Shown here: positions 17,129-26,890 of the stretch, one piece after another | Layout: every line of letters starts with the position of its first letter | How positions within the stretch are numbered: the stretch's first letter is position 1 | Source: Candidatus Parcubacteria bacterium | Lineage (GTDB): Bacteria > Patescibacteriota > Minisyncoccia > Phycocordibacterales > JAACPR01 | Assembly: GCA_009995365.1 (NCBI GenBank) | Contig: JAACPR010000006.1 | Span: 1 to 39,777 of the forward strand | Direction of reading: 5' to 3' | Length of the DNA: 39,777 nt | Translations under genes and position numbers: made by a program | Notes under the pieces: generated by a model | The model's input: only the letters and a program-made list of their open reading frames with translations | Databases searched by the model: none | Told to the model about the DNA's origin: nothing

Positions 17129-17572
17129 CTAAAACGGAATATCTTCTGGATTGATTTCATCCTCTGGATATTCAATTTGATTACCATCATCTGATGGAGA
17201 TTCTTGTGGTTTCTCAGCATCTGATTTTGGCGTATCAGCCATACTACCAGACTTTGGTCCAAATTGCACGCTTTCTGCGACCACTTCAGTTCTATATTTT
17301 TTAACTCCGTCTTGTTCCCAAGATCTAGTTTGCATTCTACCTTCAACAAAACATGACTGCCCTTTCTTCAAATATTGCCCTGAAGTCTCGGCCTGACGAC
17401 CAAAAACGACAATATTGTGATAATCTACATTTTCTTGCTTGTTACCCTCTTTATCCTTATAAACACGATTTGTGGCCAAACTAAATGTTGTAACCGCAAT
17501 TCCTGATGGCAAGGTTTTTTGTTCTGGGTCCCTTGTCAAATTTCCCACTATCATTGCTTTATTTATATACAT
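17129..17572 (-). CDS. ssb: single-stranded DNA-binding protein
   Basis: 'NKAMIVGNLTRDPE', 'YLKKG..CFVEGRMQTRSW', C-terminal 'EDIPF'. Confidence 0.98.
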   Translation of the reverse strand: MYINKAMIVGNLTRDPEQKTLPSGIAVTTFSLATNRVYKDKEGNKQENVDYHNIVVFGRQAETSGQYLKKGQSCFVEGRMQTRSWEQDGVKKYRTEVVAESVQFGPKSGSMADTPKSDAEKPQESPSDDGNQIEYPEDEINPEDIPF

Positions 17573-17612
17573 GATTAAATCTTAACCGAAAATCGCCGAT
17601 AGTCAATTTGAA

Positions 17613-17632
17613 ATTTTAGAAAGATTTTAGAA
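17613..17632. repeat. 20-bp direct repeat, left of the HicA module
   Basis: ATTTTAGAAAGATTTTAGAA, identical to 18243-18262; 17 of its bases recur at 29910-29926. Confidence 0.9.
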
Positions 17633-17644
17633 TTTGAAATTAAA

Positions 17645-17956
17645 TTAATTTAATGCTAAATCACGCAGGTATTGCGATACTGAATCATACCCCTTAGATA
17701 TGGCCTTTTTTTCAATTCTCATTTTGTCTTTTGGAGAAATCCTAAATCTAATTATTTCATTTTGTTTATCTAAATACTTTTGTTCAGCGATAATTAAATT
17801 TGGTAAGTCTATAATTAAATTTGGGATATCCTCATTCAAAAAAACTTGATCAATGTTTGCATCTTTTGATATTAGACGAATTCTATTTTTGGTTTTTTTC
17901 TCCAAAATATAAGAGTAATTTTTATTTTTTATTTTAATGAATGATTTTGTTTTCAT
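17645..17956 (-). CDS. putative antitoxin with C-terminal ribbon-helix-helix (HicB position)
   Basis: ATGA overlap with hicA; 'EIIRFRISPKDKMRIEKKAISKGYDSVSQYLRDLAL' RHH. Confidence 0.7.
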   Translation of the reverse strand: MKTKSFIKIKNKNYSYILEKKTKNRIRLISKDANIDQVFLNEDIPNLIIDLPNLIIAEQKYLDKQNEIIRFRISPKDKMRIEKKAISKGYDSVSQYLRDLALN

Positions 17957-18198
17957 TTTATTATTTTATTTATAATTAATATTTTAAGTATTTCTTTTTT
18001 ATAGAAATTTTTGCATTCACCATTATGGATTGGAACAATAACATCTGTATTCAATTTAGAATGTTTATACTTAACATGACTACCTTTTGCCTTGATTAAA
18101 TCAAATTCAAGATGAATTAAAACATTCTTAATATTTCTATATTTTAGGGTTTCGGGATTTGTTTTAAATTTGTGAATTAATTTATCTATCTTACTCAC
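17953..18198 (-). CDS. hicA: HicA-family toxin
   Basis: 'KGSHVKYKH...IVPIH' HicA motif; GTG start; palindrome GTAGCTAC twice upstream (18199-18206, 18220-18227), likely operators. Confidence 0.88.
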   Translation of the reverse strand: MSKIDKLIHKFKTNPETLKYRNIKNVLIHLEFDLIKAKGSHVKYKHSKLNTDVIVPIHNGECKNFYKKEILKILIINKIIK

Positions 18199-18242
18199 GT
18201 AGCTACATATTATTATAAAGTAGCTACATTTGTCAATACAGT

Positions 18243-18262
18243 ATTTTAGAAAGATTTTAGAA
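18243..18262. repeat. 20-bp direct repeat, right of the HicA module
   Basis: ATTTTAGAAAGATTTTAGAA. Confidence 0.9.
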
Positions 18263-18314
18263 AAAAGAAAAAACGCCTTTTGGCGCTTTCCCTACTCTGT
18301 ATTTTGGAGATGAA

Positions 18315-18827
18315 TTATTTATCGTCTTCTGAATCATCAGCAGGAGCTTCTTCGGTATCTTCCTCAGAATCATCTTGTTCTGAAACTTCTACTGTCTCTG
18401 GTGCTTTTTCTTCTTCTGATCCTTCTCCCTCTGAATCGTCTTCTTCTGACTTGTCCTCGTTAGTAATTTTTGAAGTGCTATGTTCATCATCATCTGTAGT
18501 TTTTATAATAATACTTCTGATAATTTCATCATTAGCATCAATTTCTTCTTTTATTGATTCAATCCCTTCTGCTGTAGAATTAAACTTAATCCATGCAAAA
18601 GTTGAAGTTGTAAATCTTTCATTTTTTCCAGCAATACTTTTAGTTATTTCATAAACTAATTTCATAGCTTGTGGTTCACCCTCTTTAACAATCTCTGCGC
18701 CATTTTTTGTTAAAACAGCCTTTATTTCATCGATTTTCTTTGAAATTTGGTCATCGTTAATAGCAGGATTAACATGAAATCCTAATTCATAAAGCTTTGC
18801 TTCGTTTGTTGTATTTTCATCTGTCAT
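18315..18827 (-). CDS. rpsF: 30S ribosomal protein S6 with long acidic tail
   Basis: 'LYELGFHVNP', 'MKLVYEI.K', 'IIRSIIIK'; position upstream of ssb-rpsR. Confidence 0.88.
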   Translation of the reverse strand: MTDENTTNEAKLYELGFHVNPAINDDQISKKIDEIKAVLTKNGAEIVKEGEPQAMKLVYEITKSIAGKNERFTTSTFAWIKFNSTAEGIESIKEEIDANDEIIRSIIIKTTDDDEHSTSKITNEDKSEEDDSEGEGSEEEKAPETVEVSEQDDSEEDTEEAPADDSEDDK

Positions 18828-18943
18828 GGGAAAAAGATTAGCACAATATATACCTATTTACAAGAGTATATATAACCCCACCAATTTTTGCAGTCTACTG
18901 TTATTTTCAATTGATTGGTAAATTAGATACAATAAGAAGCACT

Positions 18944-19888
18944 ATGAGAGTCAAGCTAGGGATCGTATCCGAAACGAATAGTAAATTTATAAATCAGGTA
19001 AAGCTGCTGATTTATTCGCTTAGAAAAAATGGCGGGTTATACAAAGATACCCCGGTGGTTTTAATAACAAACGACAAGCCGATTCAGAAAAAAGATAGAG
19101 AATTTCTTGAAAAGCACTTTTCACCTATTGAATTCAAGACAATGCCGAGATTAGGAGCAATTCCCCACACTTCTAAATTGAATGTTTTCCATGCGATTGA
19201 CCCGTCTACTTATGACGCTCTTCTTTTCATGGACTGCGATACAGTTATCAAAGCGCCGTTAGATTCATTATTTGATCCAATCGAGAAAGGAGAAGCGGAA
19301 TTTTTGTGTAGAAGAGGCGGGAAAAGTGACAGAGAATCTTTTGTTGATTTTGATTCTTTGGTAAAGGAATTTTGCGGAGATAACTACCAAGAAAAAACCT
19401 CACTCAGAGTTAATTTTGGAGGAGAAAAAGAATGGCCAATGTTTAATACGGGCGTCTTTGTCGCAACACCGAATGTAGCCGAGAAAATAAAAGATGATTC
19501 AATTCAAATAACTTACAAGATTTTTAATGAGTGGAGAATCAGAAATATAATAGAAAGTATCCCCTTATTCAGCTTTTTATACAAAAAAGGAATTCTGAAA
19601 TCAAAGAAAAAAGTCATCCCCTCTTGGCCAATTGAACAAGGTGCGGTGGCATTATCCTGTATTAAAAACGGAGTCAAAGTGCAATACTTGGATGAAATAT
19701 ATAACAGCTGGGGCAACCTCGAAGACTTGAAAATACTGCACTGTTTTAAATCAGCATATAAATTTGATAGGAGTAAAATGTTTACAAGCGACTCTGATGC
19801 TTGGATAAAAGAATACGAAAAATCTGACACCCCTGGCAAAGTTTTTCTGGCAGAAATTATGAAAGAGTATAAAGATAAATATTGTTGA
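18944..19888 (+). CDS. GT-A fold glycosyltransferase (GT8-like)
   Basis: 'LFMDCDTVI' DxD, 'FNTGVF', 'EQGA', 'YNSW', 'ILH'; start taken at ATG 18944. Confidence 0.75.
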   Translation: MRVKLGIVSETNSKFINQVKLLIYSLRKNGGLYKDTPVVLITNDKPIQKKDREFLEKHFSPIEFKTMPRLGAIPHTSKLNVFHAIDPSTYDALLFMDCDTVIKAPLDSLFDPIEKGEAEFLCRRGGKSDRESFVDFDSLVKEFCGDNYQEKTSLRVNFGGEKEWPMFNTGVFVATPNVAEKIKDDSIQITYKIFNEWRIRNIIESIPLFSFLYKKGILKSKKKVIPSWPIEQGAVALSCIKNGVKVQYLDEIYNSWGNLEDLKILHCFKSAYKFDRSKMFTSDSDAWIKEYEKSDTPGKVFLAEIMKEYKDKYC

Positions 19889-19890
19889 GT

Positions 19891-20829
19891 ATGATTACTT
19901 TTTTAAAAAAGATAAAAAGAATTATATATTCACACAAAATAAAACCAAGTTTTTTTAAAAAAATTGTGTACTTATTTTTCATAAGATTTATGTTTAAAAA
20001 CATACAAAATACAAAACCTATTAAATCTGACAATAAATCTGAAACAGAAGTTCATAGTCTTGTGTGTCACAGAGATTTATATGTTTATTTATATTCAATT
20101 AAAAGCTTTATCAAAAACACAACTAATAACTGCTCAATAATTGTCCACGATGATGGAAGCCTAACCGAAGACGACATTAGAATGCTCAAAAAACACATAG
20201 AAGGATTAAAAATATATAACGTAAAAGAGGCGGATAAAATTGTTATACCAAAACTGGAAAAGTACCCATTGATTAAAAAACTAAGAAGTGAAAATGTCTT
20301 ATTGAGAAAATTAACTGATTTTTATTTTTTATCTAAGACCGGAAAAATAATATCTCTTGATTCAGATATATTGTTTTTAAGAAAAGCAAAAGAGATAAAA
20401 AATTGGATCGATATGGACAAAAAAGAAGCATTGTTAAGTAGCGAATACCCTGTTAACTCGCATCAAGATAAATATTTAATTAATACTGAATTAAATTATG
20501 TGAAAAATCTTAATAGCGGGCTTATATGCTACTATAAATCCATGATAAATTTAGAACTGGCGGAGAAATGTTTTAAAATGGAAAATTTTGTTACTTTATA
20601 TAGACCAAATGGTGTTGGAGACCAAAAATTTATGGCGGTTAATTTTGGCGAGGCAAGAGAAAGGAAAAATATAAAAATAAACAGATTAAATCCAAATCTT
20701 TATATACATAATCGAAATATAGAAAATAAATATGCGATTGCTAAACACTATTGGAGTTCAAAATATTCGCTAAGGAAAATCTACGCGTACTACAAAGATG
20801 TGAATAGAGTCTATAATCATATAAAATGA
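19891..20829 (+). CDS. putative glycosyltransferase
   Basis: 'VHDDGSL', 'SLDSDILF', 'LNSGL', 'GDQ', 'AKHY'. Confidence 0.7.
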   Translation: MITFLKKIKRIIYSHKIKPSFFKKIVYLFFIRFMFKNIQNTKPIKSDNKSETEVHSLVCHRDLYVYLYSIKSFIKNTTNNCSIIVHDDGSLTEDDIRMLKKHIEGLKIYNVKEADKIVIPKLEKYPLIKKLRSENVLLRKLTDFYFLSKTGKIISLDSDILFLRKAKEIKNWIDMDKKEALLSSEYPVNSHQDKYLINTELNYVKNLNSGLICYYKSMINLELAEKCFKMENFVTLYRPNGVGDQKFMAVNFGEARERKNIKINRLNPNLYIHNRNIENKYAIAKHYWSSKYSLRKIYAYYKDVNRVYNHIK

Positions 20830-20830
20830 T

Positions 20831-21907
20831 ATGAAAAAATACTTAATTAACCTAATTGAATCTAAAAAATTAGATAATATACAAAAAAACACAAGAGTTG
20901 TTTTCGGTCCTCCATTAATAAACTACTCTACCAACGAAGCAATAGTTTTGTGTCTTGTTAAAAATGGTGAGACTTGGATCAAGGATTTTATCGAACATTA
21001 CCAAAAAAAAGGCTTCAAACATATTGTGTTTCTCGATAATAGGTCAAAAGACGAGACATTAGAAATTGCCAAGGATTATGAAAATATAACCATTCTGCAA
21101 ACAGATGTTCCATTTAAAAATAACAATATCCTTTTAAGGAGATACCTTGTGGAGAGATTCGCTAAAAATAGATGGAGTCTAACTGTTGATATAGATGAGC
21201 TATGGGACTACCCTCATTCTGATAAGATAAGTTTAGAGCAATTTCTGAGTTATATTAAAAAAAGTGGTGCTAATGCGGTTGTTGCGCAGATGCTTGATAT
21301 GTTTATGGAAAAGATACCTAACGAAAAACACAGCCTCAGTGATTATAATTATTACGATGTTAGCCAAATAAGAAAAGATGATTTCAATGAGAATGGGAAA
21401 TTTGCTCCAAATGACTTTGAGCTTGTTGGGCTATTTAAAAAAATAATAAAATTATTTAGAGGTGGGATAATAAATAGAATTTTTTCAGTAAATTTTTATT
21501 ATAAAGAAATATTAAATGACGATATTAAAATATTTAGAGGTGGAATAAGAAGTACAATTTTTGGATTAGATAGAGTTTGGCTAACAAAGATGCCCCTACT
21601 ATTTTACGATGATTCAATAGAGCCAATTGCCCACCAACACTTCTCTAACAATGCAATCATCGCTGATACAAGCACTGTCCTTTTGCATTATAAATTCACC
21701 CACGATTTCAAAGAAAATATTCAGCAAGCAGTAAAAAACAAGCAATACGCCAGCAATTCAGAATAATACCGCAGATACTTGGAGAAATATAAAGAGAATC
21801 CAAATATTGTCTTCAAGCAGTCAACTTCAAAAAAATTAAATTCTGTCGATCAATTGGTTGATGATGATTTTTTGGTAGTTTCGAAGAGTTATAAAAAATT
21901 GTTTTAA
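20831..21907 (+). pseudogene. GT2-family (Glyco_tranf_2_4-like) glycosyltransferase interrupted by in-frame TAA at 21764-21766
   Basis: 'LVKNGE..I.DFIEHY', 'LDNRSKD', 'VDIDE', 'LLHYKF'; the same frame continues 46 codons past the TAA to a stop at 21905-21907, 2 nt before the next gene. Confidence 0.75.
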
Positions 21908-21909
21908 AA

Positions 21910-22719
21910 ATGAAGAAAAATACACCCAAAAAAATAAATTACGTAATATTAACAAGCCCAAGAACAGGTTCTACATTTTTTTGTGACATGCTTTACAACT
22001 TAAATATTATGGATAAAATTGATCCATTTTATGAGATTTTACATCCTGATATTTTAAAAAATAGCAAAAAAATACCTGATAAAAACTTTCTTATAAATGA
22101 ATTTGATAAACACAGGATAAAAGGCATGTCTGGTTTCAAAATTATGTATGGTCAACTTGATAAGATATTAACTAAAAAAAATATACCTATTGAAAAATCA
22201 ATTGATTTATTTCCAGAAAAAACTAAATTTATTGTAATAACTAGAAGGAATGTATTAAGGCAAGCTATATCTTTTCTAAAAGCATTAAAATTAAATGAAT
22301 GGAAAAAAACTAATAATCCAAACAAGCAAAAAGAAATTTCATTAAAAAATTGTGAGATTGATAGAAAAATACATGAATTAAAAAAAGAAAATTTACTTAT
22401 TAAAAAATTTTGTAAAGTAAATAACATAGAACCACTAACTTTATGTTACGAAGATTTCGCCGATAATAAAGAAATTGCTCTTAAAAAGATATTAGATTAT
22501 TTAGATGCAAAAATTGAAAATCCAATAATAAAAACTAGTTTAGTAAAACAATCAGATGATGTAACGGAGAAAATAATAAAAAACTACTCTGGAATAATGA
22601 CAAAAAGTAAAAATAGACAAAAAATTTACTTTTTAAAACGCGATATTTTAAACCCTTTCTATAGATTATTTTCTTTTATTAAAAGACGAATAGCAAAATA
22701 TAAAAAAGTAAAAAATTAA
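21910..22719 (+). CDS. Stf0-family sulfotransferase
   Basis: 5'-PSB 'TSPRTGSTF', 'GFKIMY', 3'-PB 'RRNVLRQAISF', 'YED', 'KQSD'. Confidence 0.85.
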   Translation: MKKNTPKKINYVILTSPRTGSTFFCDMLYNLNIMDKIDPFYEILHPDILKNSKKIPDKNFLINEFDKHRIKGMSGFKIMYGQLDKILTKKNIPIEKSIDLFPEKTKFIVITRRNVLRQAISFLKALKLNEWKKTNNPNKQKEISLKNCEIDRKIHELKKENLLIKKFCKVNNIEPLTLCYEDFADNKEIALKKILDYLDAKIENPIIKTSLVKQSDDVTEKIIKNYSGIMTKSKNRQKIYFLKRDILNPFYRLFSFIKRRIAKYKKVKN

Positions 22720-23612
22720 TCTAACAAATCCTCAATTTTATACTTAGAAAAATCTGGCTCGATATCATTCACACCATAACCAAGCGTCACTGAACCATCG
22801 AAAATCTGCAGACCTGAAAAATAAGTACAAGAAAAAAGATTTGTATTATGTTTAATCTTGCTACCCAGCAAACTTTTGAGTGAATACACGAGCCACTTCT
22901 TCCCTGTCTTTATTTTTTTGTTCCCAAAATCAAACGAACAAAATTTTCCAAAATATATTTTTTTCCATAAAAATTTAATCTTTTTGTGTGCCACAAAATT
23001 ATATCCACCTTTACTCTTATATAATTGTGTACCAATTGTTAAATCTGATGGAATATTCTGCTCTTCATTACCTGAATAGTAATCTTCAAATTCCCAACTC
23101 TCTTCACCTCTTCTCTTTAATTTCAATATTTTTAAAGGATTAACCCAGTAAAGCGCATATATATCTCCGTCCTCAAAGAAAAACGTCCAGTTTCTTTCTT
23201 GCTCTTTTCTTTTGTTGTAAATTATTTTTTTGGGGGGCTCTATTACAGGATATATTTTCATTACAAAAAGACTGTTTCCTTTTGGATTCCAGCCAGAGTT
23301 AAATGTTAAGTACAATTCATTATCAAGTTTTGTCACTTTAGGATCGATTAATTGATCTGTATCTAATTTTTCAGAAAACTCTTCTGAAATATTTTTTATA
23401 ATTTGTTTTTCTTTATCTTTAATAATGACGAAAGAAGAAATTTTATCTTCCCCGCTTTTTATAGCTCTGAACGAAAATATTTCTACATTTTCATCAATAT
23501 AAAAACTTGGATTAAAAACATTATGTATAGATAACGAAGACAAAGATTTTTTAAATTTGTTTAAAATTGCGTCGTCTTTATTTTTCTTACAAAAAAGTAA
23601 TTTAAATACCAT
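22716..23612 (-). CDS. predicted beta-propeller glycoside hydrolase/phosphorylase-like protein (GH130/GH43-like)
   Basis: 'VFNPSF', 'IDPKV', 'QERNWTFF', 'LGYGVND' motifs. Confidence 0.55.
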   Translation of the reverse strand: MVFKLLFCKKNKDDAILNKFKKSLSSLSIHNVFNPSFYIDENVEIFSFRAIKSGEDKISSFVIIKDKEKQIIKNISEEFSEKLDTDQLIDPKVTKLDNELYLTFNSGWNPKGNSLFVMKIYPVIEPPKKIIYNKRKEQERNWTFFFEDGDIYALYWVNPLKILKLKRRGEESWEFEDYYSGNEEQNIPSDLTIGTQLYKSKGGYNFVAHKKIKFLWKKIYFGKFCSFDFGNKKIKTGKKWLVYSLKSLLGSKIKHNTNLFSCTYFSGLQIFDGSVTLGYGVNDIEPDFSKYKIEDLLD

Positions 23613-24508
23613 TATTTTATAATATTACCCCACCCTCTCTCTAGTCCATCCCTGATAGCCTCGTCTCTAATTGATAAATGTTTTTTTCGATTTTCTAAAG
23701 CAAAAAATGCCGGTAGATCAGAAATTTTATGTTTTATCGGAATTAGGTAACTTGGTTTTTTAAATTTTCTCTGTAATGCGATGTTTGCCCTTAAGTCATC
23801 CTCGGACATCAGAGCTGGAGTATCTAAATTTGAATTAGTGATTTCTTCAATTCCTTTTTTAGATATTATATGAAATCTACCCTTAATTAAATCAATAGGG
23901 ACTGTATTTTTATAAGCAAATTTATATTTACCCGATGTATAAGCTGTTTTAGGTTCATCTATATTTAATTCATACCCAAAAAACCCGATTACACTTTCCT
24001 GGCCAAATTTTCTCATAACAGAAAGAACCTCTTCGGAACAGTCTTGTTTTAGCATTAGGTCATCATCAGAAAAAACGAAATAATCATAACCATTCATCTC
24101 TGCCGCAATTTGATGCCTAACAACGCAACCCAAATTTTCTTCATTAAAAATATTTTTACACCCAGGAACCCGAAGCCAAGAAGGTTTATTGTGCACAATC
24201 ACAATATCATCAATAAAAGACTGCTTTTTCAAGCCGTAGACAACTAGCGGAAGATTTGCACAGCGCTTCCAACTTAGGACTATAGCAACAACTCGCTCTT
24301 TTCTTTCTTCGATTTTATCTTTTGATTGTTTTTTAAAAAATAATAAAAAATAAAGAAATATAGATTTTGGGAGATTTATAATGTATTGAACTGATTGAAT
24401 AATTTTATTAAACCAAATACTATCTTTTAAAATGAAAAAATGTCTCCATAAAAAAAAGTCTGAATTCCGCTTATCTTTAATTTTTTTCTTCAGTTTTCGC
24501 AACCCCAT
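23612..24508 (-). CDS. putative GT-A glycosyltransferase
   Basis: 'AIVLSWKR..NL', 'VFSDDDL', 'SEDDL'. Confidence 0.7.
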   Translation of the reverse strand: MGLRKLKKKIKDKRNSDFFLWRHFFILKDSIWFNKIIQSVQYIINLPKSIFLYFLLFFKKQSKDKIEERKERVVAIVLSWKRCANLPLVVYGLKKQSFIDDIVIVHNKPSWLRVPGCKNIFNEENLGCVVRHQIAAEMNGYDYFVFSDDDLMLKQDCSEEVLSVMRKFGQESVIGFFGYELNIDEPKTAYTSGKYKFAYKNTVPIDLIKGRFHIISKKGIEEITNSNLDTPALMSEDDLRANIALQRKFKKPSYLIPIKHKISDLPAFFALENRKKHLSIRDEAIRDGLERGWGNIIK

Positions 24509-24530
24509 TATTTTATTCTACCATGTTTAG

Positions 24531-25382
24531 TTAATTCAATTTAAATAATCTTCTAGCGTTTTCAACTAACTGCTTTTCAGCTTCATTAAAAGAGACTTCC
24601 TTGATATCAGCAATGCGATTCACAACTTTCTCTACATAATTAGGTTCATTACGCCTACCGCGAAATGGCACTGGGGCAACATAAGGGCTATCAGTTTCGG
24701 CGTGCATTAATTCGAGTGGAACATATTTTACTAACTCCTTGTATTGTTCAGCGAAAGTAATAACACCCGTAAATGAAACGGTAAAATTCATGTCCAAAAA
24801 TTCTTTGGCGTGTTCAATTGTTCCTGCAAAAAAATGGCAATTTCCGTGCAATCTCTCTGGTGCATAAATCTCACCCCCTCTTTTCATTTCACCCATGTTT
24901 AATTTTTCTCTATATTCTTTTAAAATTTTAATGACATCATCATAAGCATCTCTGCAATGAATCATAATCGGCAAACTGTTTTCAATTGCAAATTCAATCT
25001 GGTCACGAAAAACTTTTTTCTGAATATTTTTTTCTGATTCCCTTTCTTCTTCGGTCTCACCTTTCAAATGAAAATAGTCTAGTCCGCACTCACCCACTCC
25101 GACAATTTTAGAATTTTCGTCTTTTTTATCATCATCAATTAATTTTTTAAATTCTTCAGCTCGAAATTCTGACTCTTCATTAGTATAGATTGGATGAACT
25201 CCGATAGTCGCCCACATATTTTTATTCTGATAAGCCAATTCGATAACTTCTTTAGATGTTTCCAATCCTGTCCCAATATTAATCATCCCTAAATCATTTT
25301 CTTTAGCGCGCTCTATAATTTCCTCTCGATCTTCATCGAAATCTTTGAAATTTAAATGGCAGTGTATATCGATATATCTCAT
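24531..25382 (-). CDS. tatD: TatD-family hydrolase
   Basis: 'IDIHCHL', 'GVHP', 'GECGLDY', 'IHCRDA', 'ETDSPY', 'RNEP'. Confidence 0.96.
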   Translation of the reverse strand: MRYIDIHCHLNFKDFDEDREEIIERAKENDLGMINIGTGLETSKEVIELAYQNKNMWATIGVHPIYTNEESEFRAEEFKKLIDDDKKDENSKIVGVGECGLDYFHLKGETEEERESEKNIQKKVFRDQIEFAIENSLPIMIHCRDAYDDVIKILKEYREKLNMGEMKRGGEIYAPERLHGNCHFFAGTIEHAKEFLDMNFTVSFTGVITFAEQYKELVKYVPLELMHAETDSPYVAPVPFRGRRNEPNYVEKVVNRIADIKEVSFNEAEKQLVENARRLFKLN

Positions 25383-25391
25383 AAAAAATAT

Positions 25392-26849
25392 TTAATTTAT
25401 ACGAGCAAAGATTGGTTCGGACGGTTTTTTATTTTCTTTGATTGCTTTTTGAATTTTTTCAGCAGTTTCTGGCAAAAGTGGCTCTAGCATTTTTGATGTC
25501 TTATATAGCTTGACGACTAATTCTCGAATTATTTCCTGGGCTTTTTCTTTGTCTTCTTTGACAAGCTTGAAGGGCTCTGTTTCTTGGATTCTTTGATCGA
25601 TTTCTCCAATATAACTCCAAACAATATCTGCTACTTTTTGCAGATTGAATACATTAAAATATTTAATATATTCGTCACCTACAATTTTAGAAAAATCCGT
25701 ATCGAAACCTAATTCTTCATCTGATACTTTATTAATATGATCTTCAGCCATCTTCATAATCCGGCTAGTTAAATTCCCTATTCCGTTGGCTAAATTAGCA
25801 TTATAAGATTCTTTAAAAGAGTTTATTGTGAAATCAGAATCCTCGAACGGCGAAAGTTCGCGAATCAAATAATAGCGCAGCGCATCAGTTCCATATTCAT
25901 TCAAAACATCCATTGGGTCGATAACATTGCCGACACTTTTTGACATCTTCTTTCCATCACTCAATACAAACCCATTTACAATAACATTATTAGAAACAGG
26001 AAGGCCAACAGACATTAGCATTGCCTGCCAACGAGCTGATTGATGTTGAATATTGTCTTTTCCACAATACTGAACAGGAGTCCCATTTACCCAGAACTTT
26101 TCAAAATTTTCTTTGTTATCTGGCCAACCAAGGGTAGAAATATAATTAACCAAAGCATCAAACCAAACATACATAACATGTTCAGAATCTCCTGGAACCT
26201 CTACTCCCCAAGGCATTTTTTCTTTTAAGCGTGAAATTGAAAAATCGTTGAGACCTTCTTTAACAAAAGAACTAATCTCTTTCAGGCGATTTTCTGGTAT
26301 AACGAAATCTGGACGAGTTTCATATAATTCTTTTAACTTGTCTGCAAACTCACTATATTTGAAAAAGTAATTCTCTTCTGAAATTTCTTCTATTTTTTTT
26401 CCTGAGTGGTCGGGACACTCTCCGTTGATTAATTCTTTTTCTGTTTTAAACATTTCACAACCGACACAATAAAGACCGCTATATTGTTTTTTGTAGATAA
26501 AACCATTTTGATCGCAAATCTTCCAAAATTCTTGGGCAGCTTTTTCATGCTCTGGATCAGTCGTTCGAATAAACTTGTCATAACTAATGTTAAGTTTCTC
26601 TGCCAAAATTTTGAAATGTTCAACACCTTCATTCAAAAAATCCATTACATCTTTCCCCTCTTCTTGAGCTTTTTGATAAATTTTTATTCCATGTTCATCT
26701 GTCCCCGTATTGAAAAAGACTTCGTGGCCTGTAGCACGTTTAAATCTGGCCACAGCATCAGCACGAGCAAATTCTACCGCATGACCGACATGAGGCTTTG
26801 AATTAGCATAAGGTAGCGTTGTTGTTATATAGAAAGGTTTTTTATTCAT
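25392..26849 (-). CDS. metG: methionine--tRNA ligase (short form)
   Basis: 'YITTTLPYAN..PHVGH', 'GTDEHG', 'YVWFDAL', 'KMSKS'. Confidence 0.97.
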   Translation of the reverse strand: MNKKPFYITTTLPYANSKPHVGHAVEFARADAVARFKRATGHEVFFNTGTDEHGIKIYQKAQEEGKDVMDFLNEGVEHFKILAEKLNISYDKFIRTTDPEHEKAAQEFWKICDQNGFIYKKQYSGLYCVGCEMFKTEKELINGECPDHSGKKIEEISEENYFFKYSEFADKLKELYETRPDFVIPENRLKEISSFVKEGLNDFSISRLKEKMPWGVEVPGDSEHVMYVWFDALVNYISTLGWPDNKENFEKFWVNGTPVQYCGKDNIQHQSARWQAMLMSVGLPVSNNVIVNGFVLSDGKKMSKSVGNVIDPMDVLNEYGTDALRYYLIRELSPFEDSDFTINSFKESYNANLANGIGNLTSRIMKMAEDHINKVSDEELGFDTDFSKIVGDEYIKYFNVFNLQKVADIVWSYIGEIDQRIQETEPFKLVKEDKEKAQEIIRELVVKLYKTSKMLEPLLPETAEKIQKAIKENKKPSEPIFARIN

Positions 26850-26890
26850 CTTTTCTTTTTTTATTGTTTTTATAACTTATACACAAAGAG

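Noticed and set aside
20831-21907. Stop-codon reassignment explaining the internal stop
   Set aside because: The stop is TAA, which ends most genes here; TGA also appears as a stop (hicA, 19888, 20829), so standard code 11 fits.
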